Below, one piece after another: positions 9,001-18,905 of a DNA stretch of 34,970 nt. A model generated the notes under the pieces. It saw only the letters and a program-made list of their open reading frames with translations, made no database searches and was not told the origin of the DNA. Source of the DNA: Blastochloris sp. (lineage in GTDB: Bacteria; Verrucomicrobiota; Verrucomicrobiia; Methylacidiphilales; JAAUTS01); assembly GCA_012031345.1 (NCBI GenBank), contig JAAUTS010000013.1, forward strand, positions 1 through 34,970. Reading direction: 5' to 3'. A program made the position numbers and the translations under genes. Each line of letters begins with the position of its first letter. Positions within the stretch are counted from its first letter, which is position 1.

Positions 9001-9969
9001 TCAGCCCAGGAACTGAACTTGGGATTCAGCAACCCATAGGCATATTCCTTGGTGGCGGCAAACCTCAGTCGGCACCACGGTTTTACCTTCACTCAGGGCG
9101 ACGGCTTCCTTCTTCCGCACCGGACCCAGCCGTTCCACGTTGGCCAGGGCCGCACTCAATTCATCATAATTCTGAAAACGATCCGCCGGACTTTTTTGCG
9201 TCATCCGATCAAACAAATTGATCCAACCGGGAGACAATCCCAATGCCGCCGCATCCGCATAAGGGAACCCCTGCTCCAAATGAGCCTGCACCAACTCCGT
9301 CACCGTCTCCCGATCATAAAGGAACCGGCAGGTCATCAGGTGATACATGGTCGCTCCCAGCGAATAGATGTCGCTGCGCTGATCCGTGTGCTGTTGTAAA
9401 ATCTGCTCAGGACACATGTAGGCGGGCGTCCCATAACATTCATCCGGATTATCCAACAAAGTCTGACCCAAGGTCCGGGCCAAACCAAAATCCGTCAGCA
9501 GGATGATGCCGCTGTCATCCACCAAAAAATTCGAAGGTTTGATGTCCAGATGAATGATCCCGTGCTTATACGCCCAATCCAAAGCCGAGATGGCCTGCCC
9601 CAAGACCATAATTCCCTGCTCCGCACTCATCGGCACCCCACTCTCCACCCAATCATCCAGCGTGGATCCCGTGATAAAGGGCATCACAAAATAATGCAAA
9701 TCGCCCTGGTGCCCGACAAAGTAGATCGGAACAATATTGGAATGTCTCAGAGCCGCGATGTTCTGCGCCTCCAAATCAAAGGACCCGATCTTATCCGGAT
9801 CATCCGCCAACTCCGCCTTCAAAACCTTGATCGCCACCTCCCGCGACAAGCTCGGCTCAAAGGCCCGGAAAACGTGTCCCATGCCCCCTTCCGCCAAATG
9901 CTCGACGATGGTGTAATGCCCCAGTCGTGCATTCGGCACCAGGTCCTCCAATGAAACGGCCAAACTCAT
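9001..9969 (-). CDS. Hanks-type serine/threonine protein kinase
   Basis: GxGxxG-like loop LAEGGMGHVF, AIKVLK, HLDIKPSNFLV, DFGLAR, GTPAYMCPE. The last ~35 aa (CRHQGICLWVAESQVQFLG) are not protein-like and overlap the HDOD reading frame. Confidence 0.9.
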   Translation of the reverse strand: MSLAVSLEDLVPNARLGHYTIVEHLAEGGMGHVFRAFEPSLSREVAIKVLKAELADDPDKIGSFDLEAQNIAALRHSNIVPIYFVGHQGDLHYFVMPFITGSTLDDWVESGVPMSAEQGIMVLGQAISALDWAYKHGIIHLDIKPSNFLVDDSGIILLTDFGLARTLGQTLLDNPDECYGTPAYMCPEQILQQHTDQRSDIYSLGATMYHLMTCRFLYDRETVTELVQAHLEQGFPYADAAALGLSPGWINLFDRMTQKSPADRFQNYDELSAALANVERLGPVRKKEAVALSEGKTVVPTEVCRHQGICLWVAESQVQFLG

Positions 9970-10127
9970 ATGTCGTATAAAACTGTAAAAAGCCTCTTAA
10001 CAATCACCACGCTAGAGATGCTCCTGTCTGAATCAATCCCCGAGTTCAAGGATATGCACAAAGTAGGCCTCCGCCCCTTTCCAATCTTGACGCCTCCCCT
10101 TTCTGCTGCCTTTCTATCCTCATCCTT

Positions 10128-10716
10128 ATGACTCTTGAACTCCCTCCCGGACCCTTTTCCGGCTACATTTTCGACTGCGACGGCACCTTGGCCGACACCA
10201 TGCCCCTCCACTACGAAGCCTGGTTGGAAGCCTTTCAAAAAGCAGGCGCCCCCTTCCATTTTGATGAAGATCACTTCTATCAACTCGGCGGAACCGCCAC
10301 CGCTCACATCGTCACTCTCCTCAATCAGCACCACGGCACCCAACTCGATCCGGTGGACATTTCCCACAAAAAAGAAGCCTTTTTTCTTCAGCGTCTCCCC
10401 CAGGTTCAACCCATCCCGACCGTTGTCGATATCGCCGCCGCGTCGCCCAGACTCACCCCGTCGCCATCGTCTCCGGCGGCTTCCGCCACATCGTCGAAGA
10501 GACCCTCGTCACCATTGGCATCCGCGATCTCTTCCCCATCGTCATCACGCCACAAGACGTTCAACACGGCAAACCCGCCCCGGACATGTTTCTTCTCGCC
10601 GCCGAAAAAATGAAGGTCCCCCCCGAATCCTGCCTGGTCTTTGAGGACGGCATCGTGGGCATCGAAGGCGCGGCCGGGCCGGAATGCAATCCGTCTTCAT
10701 CCCCTCCCGGACTTAG
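10128..10716 (+). CDS. HAD-superfamily hydrolase (beta-phosphoglucomutase-like), broken by two 1-nt indels in G/C runs (~10432 and ~10682)
   Basis: Motif I YIFDCDGTLADT is at the N-terminus. The middle reads PVAIVSGGFRHIVEETL... only in a second frame. FLLAAEKMKVPPESCLVFEDGIVGIEGAAGAGMQSVFIPSRT* is recovered in a third frame. Each break sits at a gccgccgcg or gggccgg run. Confidence 0.7.
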
Positions 10717-11757
10717 CCCTCCCCAGCATCTGCTCCAAACATCGCTCATGATGTTCCCGGACGGATTCCAGCAACTTCAGCGGAGCCAGCACCTTGGCAT
10801 GACTGCCCCAGCTTAAGATCCAACGCTCCACTTCAATCAAACTCCCCAGAGTCATCTCCAACTCCAGCTCACGCCGGCTTTGTCTTTCAACTTCTGAGTC
10901 TGGTGCCAAACCTTCTCCCGCACCAACTGGGCGGCAAAAGCGTCGAAATGCACCCGAACCTTGATCTTCTCCGATCCACTATGCACCCCGAAACTTCCCT
11001 CCAGCAGATTCGCAATCGAAAAATCCTTAGGCCGGACAAACTCCGCCTCTTCCAAACAAGCCTTCCTCATCCGGTTCAACACAAATGTCCTCAACCCCCT
11101 CCGCGCCTTATCCCAGGCAAACAGATACCATTGATTTTCCACACAGGCCATGTGATAGGGCTGCACCCGACGCGGCTCATGGCCAGTGCTGTTCAACTTG
11201 CGATACTCAAAACTCAGCTCCCGGGAGTGCCTCAACGCTTCACTCACCCGGCCAAACAGCTCCAAATCCGACACCGCTGCCCCGACCGTGCGGAAAGAAA
11301 AATAACTCTCCAAACTCCCGAACTCCACCGTCACTTCCTCCGGTAGAGATTCACTTAACTTCTTGAACGCCGCCGCCAGAGGCCGCTCAAATGCCGTGCC
11401 CTGATATTGTGCCAACGCCTTCTGCGCCACAAACAAGGCCACCAGTTCCCCCTCCGAAACCTGCATGCTCGGAAACGCCGTCACCTGCTCCGTGTAATGA
11501 TAACCAAATTTCTTCGCATCATATTCCAACGGCAGTCCCAATTGATCCCGCATAAACTCCAGGTCCCGCTGGATCGTTTTGCCGGAAACTTCAAACTCCA
11601 CCGCCAAAGTCCGGCAGTTGGGATAAGTCCCCGCCTGCAACTCCTCATGCAGCCGGATCATCCTCGCCAAGGGTGGGCGGGATGACTTTTCCACCATTCT
11701 GGTCTTGAGCGGTGCTGGAGAATTTTTTTTCATCTTTTTTGAGCCTCGGACAGCCAA
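10697..11757 (-). CDS. WYL-domain transcriptional regulator (HTH-WYL-WCX, YafY/BrxR/CapW-like), with a frameshift near 10860-10900
   Basis: HTH: ARMIRLHEELQAGTYPNCRTLAVEFEVSGKTIQRDLEFM. WYL: VQPYHMACVENQWYLFAWDKARRGLRTFVLNRM. The C-terminal WCX-like ELELEMTLGSLIEVERWILSWGSHAKVLAPLKLLESVREH is in the adjacent frame (ORF 10697..10909). Confidence 0.8.
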
Positions 11758-11807
11758 TGTCTTACCTCATTTGATACGGTGGGATCAACAACGAAAGGAA
11801 ATTGTTT

Positions 11808-12011
11808 ATGGAACACAACATTCACTGCCCCCACTGCCAGGAAGACATGAACCACGCTGACTGGGAAGCCAACAACGGCCAATGCCTGCACTGCGACCAC
11901 AACATCGAACCCGAGTGGCAGGTCATCCGCCGTCAACGGAACCCCCTCACCCAGGCCCGGCACCGCATCCAACTCCAAACGCTGCTCCGCAGCACCCCCG
12001 TCTATGTCTGA
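11808..12011 (+). CDS. Small zinc-ribbon protein (~67 aa, CxxC...CxxC), divergent from the WYL regulator
   Basis: MEHNIHCPHCQEDMNHADWEANNGQCLHCDHNIE. A likely RBS aaaggaa lies 8 nt upstream of ATG 11808. No family recognised. Confidence 0.4.
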   Translation: MEHNIHCPHCQEDMNHADWEANNGQCLHCDHNIEPEWQVIRRQRNPLTQARHRIQLQTLLRSTPVYV

Positions 12012-12285
12012 ACCCTTCCTGAAACTGCTTCGACCCGGAGCCGGACTGCTGGCCGGACTTTGCTTGATCGCCAGCCTCAGTCTCTGCACCCGCACACCCG
12101 AGGGAGCCCTCTTCCTCTTTTTGGTGGGCTGCTTGTGGCTGGGACTCTGCACCCTGGTCGGAGACAAAGTCCCCCCCACATCCTCCCCGGAGACAACCTC
12201 AGCCGCACCCACCCAACTCAAGGCTTCTTGGTCTGGGCTGGCAACTTCGACTCCGTCGGCTTGTCCTTCATCGGCTCCACATTGA
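12004..12285 (+). CDS. Putative small two-TM membrane protein; its start overlaps the previous stop (ATGTCTGA)
   Basis: Hydrophobic segments LLAGLCLIASLSL and LFLFLVGCLWLGLCTLV. The 3' end overlaps the convergent EEP gene by ~65 nt. Coding status is uncertain. Confidence 0.25.
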   Translation: MSEPFLKLLRPGAGLLAGLCLIASLSLCTRTPEGALFLFLVGCLWLGLCTLVGDKVPPTSSPETTSAAPTQLKASWSGLATSTPSACPSSAPH

Positions 12286-13258
12286 AAACCGCCACCAGTG
12301 CGCGGTGATCACTCGCCGCGTAACTGTTGAACTGGGCTGGATCCGTTTGGTTACCGCGGTAAACCAGAGACTTTTCTTTCACCAAACGACGGAAAAGCGG
12401 TTCGCTGACAAACATGTAATCAATCCGCTCATAACTCTTGTCCGGAATGTAAAAGTGCGTCCACCAATCTCCGAAATAATCCGTCAACCACAGATCAAAA
12501 ATACGCACACTCGCATCCTTCGGACCCAACACCGTCTGCAAGGCCCGGCTTCGAATCGTATCATTAAAATCACCCATCACCAACAAAGGCTCCTCCGGCT
12601 TCTCGGCCAGGTAACGATTCATCGCATTCTTTAAAATCAAAGCCTCGTTCCGCCGCACAAAGCTGTCTCCCGGCTCACCCGGATTGGACTGATCCAGCTC
12701 TGGATAAGGCCGCTTCGACTTCAAATGCACCATCATGGTCCGCATTCTGAACTCCGGGGTCACCTGAATCACCACGTTGTTGATTCCCCGGCCCACCTTG
12801 AGTTGCAACTTGGTCACGACCTTGGTCTTGGCATCCGTCTGTGACGCCTCGAAAGTCTCTGTATTCAAAGGCTCCACGGAAGCAAAAGGAAACCGCGAAA
12901 GAAACAAGGTTTGAATCCGCTTGTCCTCCCCCACCACCGTGGCCTGATGCGGGTAATCCAACCCGGCGTCCTTGAGTGTCTTGATAAAAAGTTTCACATA
13001 CTCGTCCTCCGGGGCCTGCAATATTTCGCAAACTCCCAGGATGTCCGGCTTGATCCGACCCAAAATCGCCACCATGGACTTGATCTCGGAATCCGGCTTC
13101 ATCGCCGCCTTCTGCGGGCGACCCTCAATAAAACGGTCCGTCACCCCAAAGTTCTGCACATTCCAAAAGCACACCGTCACCTCCTTCACATTCTCCTGCC
13201 CTAACGCAGTCAAAATGCTCCAACCCAAAAACACCCAACCAATCATCAATCGCCTCAT
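12218..13258 (-). CDS. Secreted endonuclease/exonuclease/phosphatase (EEP) family protein; start taken at MRRLMIGW...
   Basis: The signal peptide MRRLMIGWVFLGWSILTALGQ is followed by EEP motifs (VCFWNVQNFG, LGVCEI, LVMGDFND, SDHRALVAVF). Confidence 0.8.
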   Translation of the reverse strand: MRRLMIGWVFLGWSILTALGQENVKEVTVCFWNVQNFGVTDRFIEGRPQKAAMKPDSEIKSMVAILGRIKPDILGVCEILQAPEDEYVKLFIKTLKDAGLDYPHQATVVGEDKRIQTLFLSRFPFASVEPLNTETFEASQTDAKTKVVTKLQLKVGRGINNVVIQVTPEFRMRTMMVHLKSKRPYPELDQSNPGEPGDSFVRRNEALILKNAMNRYLAEKPEEPLLVMGDFNDTIRSRALQTVLGPKDASVRIFDLWLTDYFGDWWTHFYIPDKSYERIDYMFVSEPLFRRLVKEKSLVYRGNQTDPAQFNSYAASDHRALVAVFNVEPMKDKPTESKLPAQTKKP

Positions 13259-13455
13259 CCCCCTATGCAGACAGCTCCCAGCCAAGCTGCAAGTCAGCTC
13301 TTGTTACAATCAGGTGCCAACTCTCTCCCCTTCCAAACTTCCATTCTTCATCCAACATTTTTTGGCTCAAGCCATAGGAAACGGAAGCTTCGACTTAACG
13401 TGGGTATTCGTCTTGCCAGTCTCGGCGACGCGATCTATCAAATGCTTATGACTGA

Positions 13456-14027
13456 TTGGTGGGAACTCTCTCGCTCGGCTTAAAAATTTTCTACGGGATC
13501 GGTATTTTATCCACTTTGGTTCTGGCCATTCTCACCATTCTTTCCCTGGTAGGAGGACAACATCAGGAGGATTTCTCGGAACTCACCGCAGAACATCCGG
13601 ATGATTTCGGGTTGATTTCCATCCGCACGGTCACGGCATTTTTTCTTGGCTTTGGTTGGGTGGGCGCCATCACCCTCAACCAGGGAGGCGGCCTCCCCTT
13701 GGCCCTCATTCTGGGCACGGTCTCGGGTGCTGTCTTCATGGCCATCATTTATTCTCTGATGTTGGGCATGTCCAAAATGCAATCCAGTGGCTACTCTGTT
13801 TCAAAAAAACCATCGGAGTCACTGGTCAGGTTTATGTCAGCATACCTCCCCACCAGGCCGGCTCTGGGCAGGTGGAAATCATGTGGCAGGGCCGCCTCTC
13901 CATGGCGGAAGCCATGACCCAACACCCCGAAACTCTCAGCCCAGGGACCAAAATCAAAGTCATTGATCTCGTTTCTTCCAACACTCTGCTGGTCGAACCC
14001 CTCACCTTTTCCAAATCCTCCACCTGA
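13456..14027 (+). CDS. NfeD-like membrane protein (YuaF/YqiJ type: TM segments + C-terminal OB fold). TTG start; frameshift in an A7 run near 13800.
   Basis: The N-terminal frame gives the TM helices (ILSTLVLAILTILSLVGG, FFLGFGWVGAITL, ALILGTVSGAVFMAIIYSLMLG). The C-terminal OB-fold motif GQVYVSIPPHQAGSGQVEIMWQGRLSMAEAMTQHPETLSPGTKIKVIDLVSSNTLLVEP is in the next frame. It sits directly upstream of flotillin, as in yuaF-floT / yqiJ-yqiK. Confidence 0.7.
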
Positions 14028-14056
14028 TCCCCTAACCTCCCAGCTCATCCAACATT

Positions 14057-15497
14057 ATGCCCATCGAATTCCTCATCGCCGCCGCCTCCCTCATCGTCCT
14101 GTTCTTCATCACCGTCATCCCCCTCGCCACTCGCTACAAACGTTGCCCCTCGGATCGCATCCTGGTGAAATATGGTAAAGTCAGTGGCGGTAAATCCTCC
14201 GTCTGTTATCACGGCGGAGCCACGTTCGTCATCCCCCTCATTCAGGACTATCGCTTCCTGGACCTCACTCCCATGCCGATTGATATCCGCTTGGAAGGCG
14301 CTCTTTCCCGACAAAACATCCGTGTCAACACCCCCTCCACCTTTACCGTGGGGATTTCCACCGAACCCGGTGTCATGGAAAATGCCGCCGAACGCATCCT
14401 CGGCCTCACCATGCCTCAAATCATGGAGCTGGCCAAAGACATCATCTTCGGTCAAATGCGCGTGGTCATCGCCACCATGGACATTGAGGAAATCAATGCC
14501 GACCGCGACAAACTCATCGCTAACATCTCCCTCGGCGTGGAAGTCGAATTGAAAAAAGTCGGCCTCCGCCTCATCAACGTCAACGTCCAGGACATCACCG
14601 ACGTCTCCGGCTACATCGACGCCCTTGGACAGGAAGCCGCCTCCAAAGCCATCAACGAAGCCAAAATCAAAGTTGCCCAAGCCAATCGTGATGGCGACAT
14701 TGGCTCCGCCGAGGCCGCCCGCGACCAACGCATCAGCGTCTCCAACGCCAACGCCCTGGCCGTGCGCGGGGAAAACCTTGCCTTGGTCGAAATCGCCAAC
14801 TCCAACGCGGAACGCCGCACCCGTGAAGCCGAAGCCGAACGCATGGCCAACGCCGCCGAACGTGTGGCCCAGGCCAAGGTGCAGGAAGAATCCTACGTGG
14901 CCGAACAATTGGCTGAAGCCCAGCGCGCCGAGCGCGACAAAGCCACCCAATACGCCAACATCGTCGTCCCGGCGGAGATCGATAAACAACGCAGCATCGT
15001 CCATGCCGAAGCCCAGGCCGAGCAGGTGCGCCGCACCCAGCAAGGTCAGGCCGATGCCATCCGCAGCCTCAAACAAGCGGAGGCCGATGGGATCAAGCTG
15101 GTGCAACAGGCGGAGGCAGACGGGATCAAGGCCAAACTTTTTGCCGAGGCCGAAGGTGCCGAAGCCCTGCTCAAGAAAAGGCGGCTGGTTTTGGGACATC
15201 ATCCAAGTGGCGGGAGGAACGGAAGGTGCCCAAACCATGCTGGTCACCGAACAGTTACCCAAGCTGGTGGAAGAACAGGCCAAGGCCATTGCCAACTTGA
15301 AGATCGATTCCATCACCGTCTGGGATGGCGGCAAAAATGCCCAAGGCCGCACCGGCACCGCCGACTTCATCTCGGGCATCGCCGCATCCCTACCCCCGCT
15401 GCATGAAATCGCCGCCCGGGTCGGCGTAAAACTTCCGGAATACCTCGGCACCCAGGTCACAGCTCCCGCCGAACCCACGACCAGCGCAAGCACTTGA
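14057..15497 (+). CDS. Flotillin-like SPFH/Band-7 protein (FloT/YqiK type); frameshift in an A-run near 15180
   Basis: N-terminal TM, then an SPFH domain (CYHGGATFVIPLIQDYRFLDLTPMPIDI...), a long A/E/Q-rich coiled coil and the conserved flotillin C-terminus FWDIIQVAGGTEGAQTMLVTEQLPKLVEEQAKAIANLKIDSITVWDGG in the adjacent frame (ORF 14625..15497). Confidence 0.85.
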
Positions 15498-15526
15498 GAC
15501 TCCCAAGCCCGACCTTGGAACTTGGC

Positions 15527-15676
15527 ATGTCGCGTTATGACTTGTTCAAAATCTGGGATGAGGCGCCTGCGGAGTGGTATATCATCTTCGCCCTGGCCGC
15601 CTTGATCGGCTTGGCTCTGCTCTATGCCGTCTGGAAAAGCTGCCAGGAGCAGAATCCCCCGGACGACCAGGATTAA
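15527..15676 (+). CDS. Small membrane protein downstream of flotillin (start at MSRYDLF)
   Basis: Single TM YIIFALAALIGLALLYAVW; position consistent with the end of the operon. No family recognised. Confidence 0.3.
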   Translation: MSRYDLFKIWDEAPAEWYIIFALAALIGLALLYAVWKSCQEQNPPDDQD

Positions 15677-15706
15677 AAGCAGGAGCCCTTACCTGCCAAG
15701 TTTCGC

Positions 15707-16411
15707 CTACTTCTCAATCACTTCCTCACCCGTCACCACAAAAATGCGGCTCAAGCGTTTGGGCCGGACCCTGGCCAGACCTGTCAGGGAACCAAAGGCA
15801 GGGAACACCGTCTGTTCCGGCTCGGAGTAAAAGCAGGGCAGGCTTAGACTTTGTCTACCAAAACCTTTGAGGCGTATTCCAGGATGCAAATGTCCGCACA
15901 AAATATGTCCCTCAGAAACTCCTCCCGGCTCATGTTGCAAAGTCCAGGGACCCCATCTCCAGGGACCTGGACATATGATGAAGTCAAGTTCCTGCGGCAG
16001 TTGACCCGCCCGTCGATCATGGTTGCCCGGCACCAAAATGATCTCCACCTGCTCCCGCCTCTTCCTCCAGCAAAGAATCTCCTGCATCGTCCCCTCCGCC
16101 CGCAGACTGGCCCGCGCATGAAAGGCATCTCCTAACACAATCAAACGCTCCGCCCCACAGCGTTGCAGTACCGCATCCAACCTCTCCAGATCGTGCAGCG
16201 TGCTGCCTCCCGGCAGGGGCATGCCCCCGGCTCTGAGAGCTGCCGCCTTGCCCAGATGAAGGTCCGCCACAAAAAGGGTTTTTTCCCTTGGCCAAAACAT
16301 GACCCGTTCCGGGCAGAGTCGGACCTCTTCTCCCCGTAGTTCCACGATCAAATCACCGGATACCTTCAAAATCAATCTCCATGGCCCGCACCCGCCCGGC
16401 CAATTCTTCAC
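15707..16411 (-). CDS. pdeM: Ligase-associated DNA damage response endonuclease PdeM (metallophosphoesterase)
   Basis: TLFVADLHLGK, LIVLGDAFH, VPGNHD, GHLHPG: the calcineurin-like metallophosphoesterase motifs in the arrangement seen in PdeM. It lies 4 nt downstream of the Lhr-like helicase. Confidence 0.8.
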   Translation of the reverse strand: MKNWPGGCGPWRLILKVSGDLIVELRGEEVRLCPERVMFWPREKTLFVADLHLGKAAALRAGGMPLPGGSTLHDLERLDAVLQRCGAERLIVLGDAFHARASLRAEGTMQEILCWRKRREQVEIILVPGNHDRRAGQLPQELDFIICPGPWRWGPWTLQHEPGGVSEGHILCGHLHPGIRLKGFGRQSLSLPCFYSEPEQTVFPAFGSLTGLARVRPKRLSRIFVVTGEEVIEK

Positions 16412-16414
16412 TGC

Positions 16415-18860
16415 TCAACTTTTCCCGCAAACGCTCCACATATAAAGGGAACCCCAGCGGTGATGCCTTTTCAAATCTTTGATCACGATACGTCCCTGAG
16501 CCAAAGTCTCCAGGGTTTCACGCAAACGTCGTTGATCCAGTTGCCGATCCAACACCTCTTGCCTCGCCTGTTGCAACAACAAATTGTCAGGATCATAGTT
16601 CTGGAAAACCTCATACAACAAGGAACTCGAAATCTGCATCTGCTTGGAACTTTTGTAATCCCCCGGAAAACCCTGAAAAGTCAGCCCCGCTACCCTTGCG
16701 ATTTCCCGGAATTGACGCTTGGCCAGCTCGCCCGTGTTCAAACTCACCAAAATGTCCCGCTCCAGATCTGCCGTGTCCAGCCAGCTCCGCAAGTTCACCT
16801 CCCGGATTTCAAACTCCGCATTACTAACAATTTCAAAACCATAATCATTCACCGCATAAACAAAGGATGCCGCCTGACTCTGCCCCATCCGGTGCGACAT
16901 CAGAGCGGCCAAACCCTCGTGAACCAGGCGTCCGGCAAAGGGATAAACAAAAACATGATGTCCCTCCCGGCTTTGGGTCGTTTCCACCAACATCTCTCCA
17001 CGACGCGGCACCAACGACAACACCTTCTGCAACTCCAACATGGGCCGCAAGGCCTGCATCTCCGCTCCTTCATATTTTCCAGCCCCGGCCTGCTCCAGAC
17101 GTTCCTGCACCGCCCAGGCCAGTTCGGTAGAAAGTGCCATCCTCCCACCCATCCAACGCGGCACTTGAGTAGATACCTTTTTGGCTCGGCGCACCCAGGC
17201 CGTCATGTCACGGAAACGCACCAGTTGCACCTGATGACCCGCAAACAAAAAACTGTCCCCCTTCTTCAAACGCGCCACAAAGGACTCTTCCACATGCCCC
17301 AGCTTGGCTCCGTTCAAGTAGCGGACCTGCACCGAAGCTTCACTCGTATGGTGCCTATCATCATCCTCTGGCGTCGCACCGTTTTCACATCACTGGGCAC
17401 CATGACACCGTCCTGTTCCAACAGTTTTTTGAACTCCCCGTAACGTGCCAGTGCCGGTCCGCCTTCCGCCGCAAATTGCCGCACCCAATCCCACTCCTTC
17501 CTGGTCAGATTGCGATAAGCCTGACAACTCCGCACCTCGGCCCACATCGCCTCCTTCTTCCAGCCTCCAGCCAGTGCCATGCTGATCAGGTGTTGGCACA
17601 GGACATCCAGTGGCTTCTCCGGACTGTGACGGGATTCAATTTTTTGGTCATTCACCAAATCCCGTGCCGCCGCCACCTCCACCAATTCAAAACTATGCGT
17701 AGGCAGACAAAAAACACGACTCGGCAAACCCGGTCTGTGCCCACTGCGCCCGGCGCGCTGCATCAATCTGGCCACACCCTTGGAACTGCCGATCTGAATC
17801 ACCTTCTCCACTGGAGAAAAATCCACCCCCAGATCCAGGCTGGATGTAGCCACCACCGCCAACAGACTGCCGTCCTTCAAGCCATTTTCCGCCAGAGCCC
17901 GAACCTCCGCCGAGATGGAACCGTGATGCAGCGCCACCCGATCCCTCCATTCCGGACGCGCCTCCAACATGGCCTGATACCACAACTCCGCCTGGGATCG
18001 TGTGTTAGTGAAAATCAAACTGCTGCCCCCCGCCTCCACCAAATCGAGCACCTTGCCCATCAAGGTCAGTCCTAATCTTCCTGCCCAGGGAAAATCCCGA
18101 CCCAGCTCCGGTAAAATCGTTTCAATCCTGATTTCTTTGCGCGCTTTGCCCGCAATCAAGGTTCCCTTCCTCGTCGCCCCCTCCTCATTCACCCCCAACA
18201 AACAAGCCATGGCTTCCTGCACATTTCCCAGTGTAGCAGATAAACCCCAGATCCTGATCTTCGGCTGCATCACCCTCAGCCGGGCCAGACCAAGCTGGGT
18301 CAACACACCCCGCTTGGATCCGATCAACTCATGCCATTCATCCACCACCACCAATCGCAACGAAGCAAATCCCTCCACCGTAGCAGCCTGACTCAACATC
18401 AACTCCAGACTTTCCGGGGTCGTGACCAAAAACTTCCGGCATTTTTTTTTTGAATCTTCGCTTTGCTCGAAGCTGAACTGTCCCCGGTCCGCCTCATCAC
18501 CTGCCAACCCAAAGGAAATTCACCCATCATCTCGTTCAAACTCCATTCCGTGTCCGCAGCCAAAGCCCGTAGAGGCGTAATCCATAACACCTTCAATCCT
18601 CCTCTTCCTCCGTCCCTGCCTGAAACCACTCCCTTATCCGCTTCGTCCTGCCCATCACGACCTCTCTCCGTCAAAGCCTCCCACACCACAGCCAGGGCCA
18701 CGGCCAGTGTTTTGCCCGAACCTGTGGAGGAATGAATCAACCCACTTTCTCCCCGCGCATAGGCTTCCCAGGTTTCCCGCTGAAAATCAAAAATCTCCCA
18801 GCCCCGTTTCGTGAAAAATTTCTCTACGCAACACTCGTCCTGACCTCCCCTACCTGTCAT
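16415..18860 (-). CDS. lhr: Lhr-core-type DExH-box helicase (ligase-associated DNA damage response helicase), broken into three ORFs by two indels: a T10/A10 run at 18439-18448 and one near 17320-17340
   Basis: Motif I STGSGKTLA (ORF 18399..19277, start taken at ATG 18860). DEWH, SATLGN and QRAGRSGHRPG (ORF 17314..18507). C-terminal Lhr domain (ORF 16415..17332). The combined ~815 aa matches Lhr-core length. Confidence 0.85.
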
Positions 18861-18905
18861 GATCTTGTTCGCACGCTTGGATACCACTCTACCCTTTCTT
18901 TCCTC

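Noticed and set aside
14045-15493. 482-aa minus-strand ORF (Gly/Val/Asp-rich) antisense to the flotillin gene
   Set aside because: It is the mirror frame of a strongly supported SPFH/flotillin gene. Its low-complexity G/V/A/D composition arises from reading the A/E/Q-rich coiled-coil codons backwards.
16460-17443. 327-aa plus-strand ORF antisense to the Lhr C-terminal domain. The same verdict applies to other long antisense ORFs at 27337..28506 and 32537..33688.
   Set aside because: All overlap confidently assigned genes on the opposite strand. They have H/R/P/Q-rich composition characteristic of non-coding frames in GC-rich sequence.
18437-18450. T10 homopolymer; considered as a possible phase-variation (slipped-strand) tract in lhr
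   Set aside because: It sits mid-gene in a DNA-repair helicase. Comparable homopolymer breaks occur in a dozen unrelated housekeeping genes in the same contig, so sequencing error is a far more economical explanation.
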